Positions 55,446 to 63,039 of a stretch of 64,000 nt of DNA are shown in pieces. This stretch comes from Acidimicrobiia bacterium (GTDB lineage Bacteria > Actinomycetota > Acidimicrobiia > IMCC26256 > PALSA-610): NCBI GenBank assembly GCA_052148155.1, contig JBKQIY010000048.1, forward strand, positions 11,131 to 75,130. The letters are read 5' to 3'. A program made the position numbers and the translations under genes. Positions within the stretch are counted from its first letter, which is position 1. Each line of letters starts with the position of its first letter. Under the pieces are notes generated by a model, which saw only the letters and a list, made by a program, of their open reading frames with translations, was not told where the DNA came from and searched no databases.

Positions 55446-56867
55446 GTGGCACGCGACAACTTCATCGGCGGGGCGTGGAAACCCGCACGCAGCGGCGCGA
55501 CCGACGAGGTGCTGGAGCCGGCGACCGGCTTTCGGCTGGACGAAGTCGCGTCGAGCGACGCCGGCGACGTCGATGACGCGGTCGCGGCCGCGGCCGCCGC
55601 GTACGACGCATGGTCGGACACCACGCCGCGCCAACGTTTCGAGTTGCTGAACAAGGTGGCGGACGCGATCGAGGCGGACATGGCGACGCTGTCCGACCTC
55701 GAGATCCGCAACGTCGGCAAGCCCCGCTCGATCATCGATTTCGAGATGGACCTCACGGTCGACAACTGGCGCTTTTTCGCGGCCGGTGCACGCTTTCTTG
55801 AAGGACGCGCGGCAGGCGAGTACCTGGAAGGGCACACCTCGTTCCTGCGGCGCGACCCGATCGGAGTTATCGCGTCGATCGCGCCCTGGAACTATCCCCT
55901 CAACATGGCGACCTGGAAGGTCGGCCCAGCACTCGCGGCGGGTAACACCGTGGTGCTCAAGCCATCGGAGCTGACACCGCTCAGCGCGTTACGGCTGGCC
56001 GAGATCACGGCCGATATCCTCCCGCCGGGCGTGTTCAACGTCGTCACCGGCGACGGCGACCACGCCGGCGCCGCGCTCGTCACCCATCCTGATGTCGCGA
56101 TGGTGTCACTGACGGGCGATGTCGCAACCGGCCAGGCCATCGCCCGCGCGGCCGCCGATTCGCTCAAGCGCGTGCACCTCGAGTTGGGCGGCAAAGCCCC
56201 CGTGATCGTGTTCGACGACGCTGACGTCGAGGCGCTCGTCGCCACCCTGACCGAAACTGGTTACTACAACTCGGGCCAAGACTGCACCGCACCATGTCGA
56301 GTGCTCGCGGGACCGAACGTGTTCGACGGGATCGTGCACCAGCTGACCGAGTCGGTCAGCGCCATCAAGACCGGCGACCCCACCGCCGAGGACACCGCGA
56401 TGGGTCCGGTCGTGTCGGCCGCGCAGCTGGAGCGGGTGGTCGGCATGGTGGACCGGGCCCGAGCGGCGGGCGCCGAGGTGACCACCGGCGGGACGGCTCG
56501 AGCGGGCGACGGCTACTTCTACGAAGCGTCGGTCGTCGTGAACCCGGCCCAGGATGCCGAGATCGTGCAGCGCGAGGTGTTCGGTCCGGTGATCACGGTG
56601 CAGCGGTTCGGCGACGAGGACGAGGCGCTTCGATGGGCCAACGACGTTCGGTACGGGCTGGCTTCGAGCGTGTGGACGCGTGACGTCGGCCGTGCGTTGC
56701 GAATGGCGAAGCATCTCGAATTCGGAACGGTGTGGGTCAACGACCACATTCCGATCGTGTCCGAGCTCCCACACGGCGGCTTCAAGCAGTCCGGTTACGG
56801 CAAGGACATGTCGATCTACGCGATCGAGCACTACACCGAGATGAAACATGTGATGGTGAAATTGTGA
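55446..56867 (+). CDS. NAD(P)-dependent aldehyde dehydrogenase
   Basis: GAGGAGG RBS. ALDH motifs [17 protein letters not shown], catalytic Cys in GQDCTAP, and [11 protein letters not shown]. Confidence 0.9.
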   Translation: MARDNFIGGAWKPARSGATDEVLEPATGFRLDEVASSDAGDVDDAVAAAAAAYDAWSDTTPRQRFELLNKVADAIEADMATLSDLEIRNVGKPRSIIDFEMDLTVDNWRFFAAGARFLEGRAAGEYLEGHTSFLRRDPIGVIASIAPWNYPLNMATWKVGPALAAGNTVVLKPSELTPLSALRLAEITADILPPGVFNVVTGDGDHAGAALVTHPDVAMVSLTGDVATGQAIARAAADSLKRVHLELGGKAPVIVFDDADVEALVATLTETGYYNSGQDCTAPCRVLAGPNVFDGIVHQLTESVSAIKTGDPTAEDTAMGPVVSAAQLERVVGMVDRARAAGAEVTTGGTARAGDGYFYEASVVVNPAQDAEIVQREVFGPVITVQRFGDEDEALRWANDVRYGLASSVWTRDVGRALRMAKHLEFGTVWVNDHIPIVSELPHGGFKQSGYGKDMSIYAIEHYTEMKHVMVKL

Positions 56868-58228
56868 CCACCGGTGGGACCGACCCGCTCAGCGTCCGAG
56901 CTCGCGAGATCGCGACGATCGAACGCGGCCGCCTGCTCGACGCCACACCGGTTTCGCACGCGCTGTACGAGCGGGCAAAAAAGTCGATGCCGCTCGGAGT
57001 TGGGTCATCGTTCCAGGTAGGCGATCCGTATCCGATCTACCTGAGCGAAGGTCGCGGCGCCAACGTCTGGGACGTCGACGGCCATCAATACGTCGACACA
57101 CACGGCGGGTTCGGTTCGATGGTCGTCGGCCACGCGCACCCGAAGATCATCGAGGCGGTCGAGCGCGCGATCCGGCACGGTTCACATTTCGCGGCTCCCA
57201 CCGAAGACGCGGTGCTTTTCGCCGAGGAGTTGTGCCGGCGTTTTCACCTCGAGCAGGTTCGCTTCGCGAACTCGGGCACCGAAGCGACGATGAGCGCGAT
57301 CCGTGTCGCGCGCGCGGCGACCGGCCGAGACGACATCGCGAAAATCGAAGGCTCCTATCACGGACACCACGATCCGGTGATGTTCTCGGTCGTCCCGAAC
57401 GCGGAGCTCATGGGCGGACGCGACGCGCCGACGTCGGAACCGATGTCGCTCGGCGTTCCGAACTATCTGCGCGGTCACACGCACACGGTGCCGTTCAACG
57501 ACCTGACGGTGCTCTCGAAGCTCCTCGACGACATCGGCGACACGATCGCCTGCCTCATTGTCGAGCCGGTCATGATGAACATCGGGATCGCCGAGCCCGA
57601 GACGGGCTATCTGGGCGGACTCCTCGAGTTGTTGCACCGGCACGGCGCCTTGTTGATCTTCGACGAGGTGAAGTCGGGCGCAACGATCGCTGCCGGCGGC
57701 GCAATCGAGCGTTACGGCGTCCAGCCCGATCTGGCCTGCTTCGCCAAGGCAATCGGCGGGGGGACGCCAGCGGCTGCGTTCGGCGGTCGGGCGGACGTGA
57801 TGGAGGTCATCGCCCGTGGGGCAGCACACCAGGGAACCTTCAACGGCAACCCGCTCGTGTGCGCGGCGGGACTCGCGGCGCTCACCGAGGTGCTCACCGC
57901 TGACGCCTACGTCCAGCTCGGCGCGCTCGGCAGCCGTTTGGCGCAGGGGTGCGCCGACGCACTCCGCTCCCATGGCATACCGGCGCACACCGTCGACCTC
58001 GGAGCCAAGGGCTGCGTCTCGTACCGGCCCGAGCCGCTTCGCAATTATCGCGACTTCCTCGACACGAACACCGACCTCTACTCGGCTTCGTACCCGTGGA
58101 TGGTCAACCGCGGCTTGTTCATGACGCCCGGCGACGAAGAACAGTGGACACTTTCGGTTCAACACACCGAAGCCGACGTTGATCGTTACGTGAACGCATT
58201 CGCGGAGCTGTGCGCCAAGTTGGTTTGA
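56864..58228 (+). CDS. Class-III (GSA-aminomutase-like) pyridoxal-phosphate aminotransferase
   Basis: GTG at 56864 forms a GTGA overlap with the ALDH stop. [49 protein letters not shown]. Confidence 0.85.
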   Translation: MTTGGTDPLSVRAREIATIERGRLLDATPVSHALYERAKKSMPLGVGSSFQVGDPYPIYLSEGRGANVWDVDGHQYVDTHGGFGSMVVGHAHPKIIEAVERAIRHGSHFAAPTEDAVLFAEELCRRFHLEQVRFANSGTEATMSAIRVARAATGRDDIAKIEGSYHGHHDPVMFSVVPNAELMGGRDAPTSEPMSLGVPNYLRGHTHTVPFNDLTVLSKLLDDIGDTIACLIVEPVMMNIGIAEPETGYLGGLLELLHRHGALLIFDEVKSGATIAAGGAIERYGVQPDLACFAKAIGGGTPAAAFGGRADVMEVIARGAAHQGTFNGNPLVCAAGLAALTEVLTADAYVQLGALGSRLAQGCADALRSHGIPAHTVDLGAKGCVSYRPEPLRNYRDFLDTNTDLYSASYPWMVNRGLFMTPGDEEQWTLSVQHTEADVDRYVNAFAELCAKLV

Positions 58229-58232
58229 CGCG

Positions 58233-58481
58233 CTAACGGGTTCCTTCCCGTTCGTCGGCTCCGTGCGGGAGTCCGGGCAACGCGTCGGCGTCGGGCGTCG
58301 TTCGCACCGCGTCGCGGTTCGCCTGTTGCAGCTGGGCGAAGATCTCTTCGCGGTGCACGTCGATGGATCGCGGCGCTTTGATTCCGAGCCGCACCTGATC
58401 GCCGCGTACCTCGAGCACCGTCACCACGATCTCATGACCGATCATGATGCTCTGGTTGGCACGTCGAGTGAGCACGAGCAC
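58233..58481 (-). CDS. csrA: Carbon storage regulator CsrA, with a C-terminal extension
   Basis: MLVLTRRANQSIMIGHEIVVTVLEVRGDQVRLGIKAPRSIDVHREEIF is a near-canonical CsrA core. It lies downstream of fliW. Confidence 0.95.
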   Translation of the reverse strand: MLVLTRRANQSIMIGHEIVVTVLEVRGDQVRLGIKAPRSIDVHREEIFAQLQQANRDAVRTTPDADALPGLPHGADEREGTR

Positions 58482-58591
58482 GGGGTCCTCCCTCCGTGGG
58501 GCCGCCGTGGAGGCCGGACGGGAGCATACGAGGTCGCGGCGCGACGCGCCCGTCCAACCCGGAGGATTTCGAAATCGCGCGCGGCGCGGGT

Positions 58592-59011
58592 TCAGCGCGT
58601 GACAGCGAGTGGAGCGCGGACGCTGTATACGGTGGTCGGCAGCACGATCTGCGCAGCTTCGTGCGTGTGTCGATTCATGACGATCGGGCCGAGCAGATTG
58701 AGCGTCGCCAGTTCTGGACGATCGCGCAGCGTGACCACCGCGAGCACGATGGCGTCATCGGCGACGACCAGACCCAACCGTTCCGCGCTCGCGTCGTCGA
58801 GGTCGAATTCGTAGTCGGGATAGAACACCCAGGGCGGAACTACCACGAATCCGACATCCGGGTCGTCGACTGCGCGCAGCATGAGGTACGGGCTGCCCGG
58901 CGGACCCCAAGGCTTGAGGTGGAACAGGTGGACGTGGGGAAATCCCGGCAGTCCTGCCGCGAACCTGATCTCCACGAAGTCGGTCTGAGTGTCGGTATCG
59001 AGCATGTGCAC
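58592..59011 (-). CDS. fliW: Flagellar assembly factor FliW
   Basis: FAAGLPGFPHVHLFHL..., FVVVPPWVFYPDYEF and LNLLGPIVMN patterns of FliW. Directly abuts the flgL stop. Confidence 0.85.
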   Translation of the reverse strand: MHMLDTDTQTDFVEIRFAAGLPGFPHVHLFHLKPWGPPGSPYLMLRAVDDPDVGFVVVPPWVFYPDYEFDLDDASAERLGLVVADDAIVLAVVTLRDRPELATLNLLGPIVMNRHTHEAAQIVLPTTVYSVRAPLAVTR

Positions 59012-59890
59012 CTACTGCAGGAAGGACGCGAGCGACGGCTGAATGGCCTTGGCTGCCGCCGCGAGAGCCGACTGGTACGTCGTCTCCTGCGACTGCAGGT
59101 CCATGAGCACCTGGGACATGTCGGCGTCTTCGACATTTGAGAGATTCGTCTGCGTGGTGGTCGCGTTGGTCGTGTTCTGGGTTCCGGTCGTTTCGACTCG
59201 GGAGTAGGTCGCACCGACTTGCGCTTGGACGCTTTCGACCTGTTGGAGCTGTGTCTGCAGCTGCGTGCTGAGCGTGTCGAGCGGGGTGCCGGCCTGGATG
59301 GCCGCGGAGATCTGATTCAGGGTGCTGAACACGTCACTGCCCGGTGTCCCGAACGCCGTGTTCCCGTTGACGTTCACTTGCACCTGCACGCCGGGCGCGA
59401 TCGTGCGCTGCACGGGGGCGGAGATCCCGACGTAGTTTCCCGACGAGTCGTAGGCGGCTGTGCCGGCAGTGGTGCCGCCGAACAGGGGGCGGTTGTTGTA
59501 CTGCGTGTTCGCCAATCCGATGAGCGACTGGCGTATCTGGTCGATCTGGTTCGCGATGGCGTCGTTGGCGGTCTGACCGTTCGAGCTGTTCGCGGCCTGG
59601 ATGACCAGGCTGTTCACCTGTTGGAGCTGGGTGACGACCTGGCCGAGGGTCGAGCCGGTCGTTCCTAACCAGCCTTCGGCGTCGTTGATATTGGTGGTCA
59701 GCTGCGTGTTCCGGTTGAGCGAGGCCTGCAGGGTGAGCGCCTCACCGATCCCGACCGGATCATCCGACGGTTTGGTCAGCTTCTTGCCCGAAGATGCTTC
59801 GTTCTGCAGGACGGAGACCTGGCTCAGGCTTGCCTGCAGGCTCTGGATGGCATTCTGCGACAGTGTCAGGTCCGAAACGCGACTGGTCAT
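59012..59890 (-). CDS. flgL: Flagellar hook-associated protein 3 (FlgL)
   Basis: Flagellin-family N- and C-terminal helices (RVSDLTLSQNAIQSLQASLSQVSVLQNEASSGKKLTKPSDDP ... LSNVEDADMSQVLMDLQSQETTYQSALAAAAKAIQPSLASFLQ). Position after flgK. Confidence 0.85.
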   Translation of the reverse strand: MTSRVSDLTLSQNAIQSLQASLSQVSVLQNEASSGKKLTKPSDDPVGIGEALTLQASLNRNTQLTTNINDAEGWLGTTGSTLGQVVTQLQQVNSLVIQAANSSNGQTANDAIANQIDQIRQSLIGLANTQYNNRPLFGGTTAGTAAYDSSGNYVGISAPVQRTIAPGVQVQVNVNGNTAFGTPGSDVFSTLNQISAAIQAGTPLDTLSTQLQTQLQQVESVQAQVGATYSRVETTGTQNTTNATTTQTNLSNVEDADMSQVLMDLQSQETTYQSALAAAAKAIQPSLASFLQ

Positions 59891-59927
59891 CGGCTCGCCT
59901 TACGCTGCGCGTCCTTCGTCGGCCCCA

Positions 59928-61601
59928 TCACGCCACCATCTGTATGAGCGAATCGAGCATCGTGTTGAGTGTCGACACGAACTGAGCGGACGCCTCGTAC
60001 GCCTTTTGGTACTCGACCATGTTCGTCATCTCTTCGTCCGTGTTCACGCCGTCTTGAGAAGTCAAGGCATTGTCGGTGGTCTGTGTCGTCGCCTGCTGGA
60101 GGTTCGTCCGGTTGGACACGTCCTGCGCGTTCGCTCCCAGCTGCACGATCATCGAGTTGTACGAGGCGTCTGCTCCGGTGGTCGAAGTTGCCATGTCCGC
60201 GAGCTGAAGTCCGACGCTGCCGTCGAGCGGACCGTTGCCGACAACACCGGCGGTGACGGTGCTGGGGTCGGCGACGACGGCGGACGACACCGCGAACGAC
60301 GCGGCATCGGTGCCGGTGAAGAAGTCCCGGCCACCGACGCCGTCGGAACCGACCGGCGTCGTGCCGAGCAGTGTCGCAAAACCGACGTTCGATCCTGTTG
60401 CCTCGACCTGGAGGGTGTGGGTTCCGGTCGGCGCGATCGAGACCGACAGCGACCCGTCGGAGTTCGCGCTGACGGTGGCGGTCGCGGTGCCAGCACCGAC
60501 TGCGGAGTCGAGCCCGCTCTGCAACGCGCTCTGCAACGCTGCCGCGCCGCCCGCGCCTGACCAGTCGGCGCCCGCGACGGACACGGTGGTGAAACTGCCG
60601 CCGTCGAGTGAGACATTGAACTCGAGCGAACCCGCAGCGCTCTGATCGGTCGCGGTCGCCGGGATTGTGCCCGAAATCTGGTTCACGACGTTGTTGACCT
60701 GGTCGCGCAGCGTCGTCGCAACGGTGTTGAGGCTCGTCATGTAGCCCGGCAGCACCGTATTGAGGTCGCTGAGCATGGCGCCGGCTTGACCGGAAGTGAC
60801 ACTCACCGCGGCGCCGCTTTGCGTCTGCAACACCGCGTTCGGACCGCTCGTGTTGAGCGAGAGCGCCTGGGCCTGATTCTCGAACACGAGGTTCGAGCCG
60901 CCGACCGACACGGTCACCTGGTTGAACTGGCCCTGTTGGACCGTCGCGCCGGTCAGCTGCGCGAGCTGGCCGGCGAGCTGGTCGCGCTGGTCCTCGAGCT
61001 GACTGACGTCCAGGCCCGAGATCGTTCCGGATTTGATCGACTGATTGACCTGGGCCAAGCTCGCTGCCGTCGAGTTGATTTGACTGACCAGCGTGGAAAG
61101 CTGGCTGGTCTCGCTGGTCTGCATCGTTTGGAGCGACGACGCGGCGGCGTTGATCGTCGACGCGACACTGGTCGCCTGTTGCACCAACACCGACCGGGTA
61201 CCGGGGTCGCCGGGATCGTTGGCAACCGAGTCCCACGCCGACCAGAAGCTCGACAGCTGCGAGGCGATCCCCGAGTCGCTCGGTTCACCGAAGACGTTTT
61301 CGACGCCTTGGAGCGTCGTGTTGCTCTGTTGAAGGCTTGCGAGCGACGCGTGCTGCAACGCGTCCTGAATCTGCAGGAATTCGTCGCTGAACCGTTGGAT
61401 CGAGGCGACCTGCACGCCCTGACCATCACCGGTGGACGTGGCGAACATGGCCGGAACGTCGCTGCCGAGCGACGTCAGCTCGGGAGCCTCCTCCGAGTAG
61501 CCGGTGGTATTGGCGTTCGCGATGTTGTTGGAGGCGATTTGGAGCGCCCGCTGCTGAGCCTGCAGCGAGGTCAACGCGATTCCGAGTCCACTGAACGTCA
61601 T
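59928..61601 (-). CDS. flgK: Flagellar hook-associated protein 1 (FlgK)
   Basis: ATG at 61601 gives MTFSGLGIALTSLQAQQRALQIASNNIANANTTGYS (FlgK/rod-family N-terminus). The C-terminus is GVNTDEEMTNMVEYQKAYEASAQFVSTLNTMLDSLIQM. Confidence 0.9.
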   Translation of the reverse strand: MTFSGLGIALTSLQAQQRALQIASNNIANANTTGYSEEAPELTSLGSDVPAMFATSTGDGQGVQVASIQRFSDEFLQIQDALQHASLASLQQSNTTLQGVENVFGEPSDSGIASQLSSFWSAWDSVANDPGDPGTRSVLVQQATSVASTINAAASSLQTMQTSETSQLSTLVSQINSTAASLAQVNQSIKSGTISGLDVSQLEDQRDQLAGQLAQLTGATVQQGQFNQVTVSVGGSNLVFENQAQALSLNTSGPNAVLQTQSGAAVSVTSGQAGAMLSDLNTVLPGYMTSLNTVATTLRDQVNNVVNQISGTIPATATDQSAAGSLEFNVSLDGGSFTTVSVAGADWSGAGGAAALQSALQSGLDSAVGAGTATATVSANSDGSLSVSIAPTGTHTLQVEATGSNVGFATLLGTTPVGSDGVGGRDFFTGTDAASFAVSSAVVADPSTVTAGVVGNGPLDGSVGLQLADMATSTTGADASYNSMIVQLGANAQDVSNRTNLQQATTQTTDNALTSQDGVNTDEEMTNMVEYQKAYEASAQFVSTLNTMLDSLIQMVA

Positions 61602-61617
61602 CAGCCGGTCGCAGTCA

Positions 61618-62109
61618 TCAAATGGCCCGGTCGACCAATCGCAGCGCGAGAGACCGGTCGGGCATGGTGCCGCTCGCGTCGTAGGAGTCGATGTCGAGGT
61701 CGCCGAGCGACGCGAGCGCTTCGCGGGCGGCCTGGTGCCCGCGCTGGAGCATGTCTCGGTTCGATTTCGTGATCGATTCGATCTCCTGCGCGAGGGTGAG
61801 TAACGCGCGTCGGTGCTCCCCGAAGATTCCGTCCCAGGGGACCGGCGCGATCGCCGCGAGCTCCCGCAGGGTTGGCGCGTCCGACAAGCCGAGCACGGCG
61901 ATCTCGCCGGCGAGCGCGATCGCGCGTTCGAGCTCGACCCGTTTGATCTCGCCGAGGATCGTTTCGACCTCACGCGTCGCGTGCGACAGCCACCGCGTTC
62001 GCCCCGACGCGAGAACGAGTTGTTCCTCTTCGAGTTTGAACACGAGCAGCTCGAGGAGCTGACGCTCCCGCCACAAGATGTTGGATACCTCGCTGAGCGA
62101 CATCGTCAT
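61618..62109 (-). CDS. flgN: FlgN-family flagellar export chaperone
   Basis: 163-aa helical protein (LWRERQLLELLVFKLEEEQLVLASG...) immediately upstream of flgK, as in Firmicutes-type late flagellar operons. Confidence 0.7.
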   Translation of the reverse strand: MTMSLSEVSNILWRERQLLELLVFKLEEEQLVLASGRTRWLSHATREVETILGEIKRVELERAIALAGEIAVLGLSDAPTLRELAAIAPVPWDGIFGEHRRALLTLAQEIESITKSNRDMLQRGHQAAREALASLGDLDIDSYDASGTMPDRSLALRLVDRAI

Positions 62110-62131
62110 CCCCTCGCGATCCGTCCGGGTC

Positions 62132-62139
62132 TCATCGGC
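62132..62139 (-). promoter_or_regulatory. Candidate -10 element of a sigma-28/WhiG-type promoter upstream of flgN
   Basis: Minus-strand GCCGATGA (consensus GCCGATAA) lies 22 nt upstream of the flgN ATG. The expected TAAA -35 is not clearly present; TTCA occurs at a 17-nt spacing. Confidence 0.3.
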
Positions 62140-62215
62140 CCGACCGGCCTCCGAGATGAAGGATCGGCGACGGTGCCCTATGTCACGAGGTCAACGAAAG
62201 GAACGCAGAGTGTGA

Positions 62216-62860
62216 CTATCTCAACAAGCCGAGCGCGACGGCCCGGCCGAGAGCCTCGTTGCGATTGGCCGCCTCGAGCTTGGCGTAGATGCGGACCAGG
62301 TGCGACTTCACCGTCGCGAGGGTGATCGACAACGTCGCGGCGATCTCTCTGTTCGAGCAACCTTGGGCCAAACAGGCGAGCACCTCTCGTTCTCGCAGGC
62401 TGAGCAGTTCGTTGGGCTGATCTTCGAACCAGCGGGGGCGGACCGCACCCGCGAGCGCGCCGTGCAGTGCGGCCACGACGTGCGGCTCACCTTTGAGGGC
62501 CGAACCGATCACCGCCGCGAGGTCGTCGGCACTGCCCGATCGGAGCGCGATGCCACGGGTACCGAGCGCGACGAGGTACCCGACGACGTGGTCTTGTCCG
62601 GGCGCGAGCAGCGCAACCATCGCCGGCGCGGGACGCAGACGCGAGAGCCGCAGCACGGTGTCGGCGCAGGACAGGTCAGCCGGTTGGCCGACCACGACCA
62701 GATCGGGCCGTTCCATCGTCGCGACCGTGACGATCTCGCGTCCGGAGTGGGTCTCCGCAACCACGTCGACGCCCTGCGCGTGCAGCACAGCCGCCACGCC
62801 GAGCCGGGCGAGCGCGAGCTCGTCGGCGACTATCGCGCGTCGATCGACGTTGTTGCTCAC
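62216..62860 (-). CDS. NarL/FixJ (LuxR-HTH) family regulator with a degenerate receiver domain
   Basis: C-terminal LuxR HTH (LSLREREVLACLAQGCSNREIAATLSITLATVKSHLVRIYAKL). The N-terminal receiver-like fold has Gly where the phospho-acceptor Asp is expected (PDLVVVGQPAD). GGAGG RBS. Confidence 0.8.
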   Translation of the reverse strand: MSNNVDRRAIVADELALARLGVAAVLHAQGVDVVAETHSGREIVTVATMERPDLVVVGQPADLSCADTVLRLSRLRPAPAMVALLAPGQDHVVGYLVALGTRGIALRSGSADDLAAVIGSALKGEPHVVAALHGALAGAVRPRWFEDQPNELLSLREREVLACLAQGCSNREIAATLSITLATVKSHLVRIYAKLEAANRNEALGRAVALGLLR

Positions 62861-63039
62861 ACCGCTGTGGCCTCCCCCGAAGTCTGCACCGCCATCCTAC
62901 CTGCGGCTATGACAGACAGTGCGACATCGTCACTCCTCGCGTCCGCAGCTTTCAACCCTGCGGTCTATCAAGCGTTGAGGCTCCAAGTACCGAAACGTTC
63001 TGCCAGCGGAGCACAGACGAGCGGGACCGGGGGAACACA

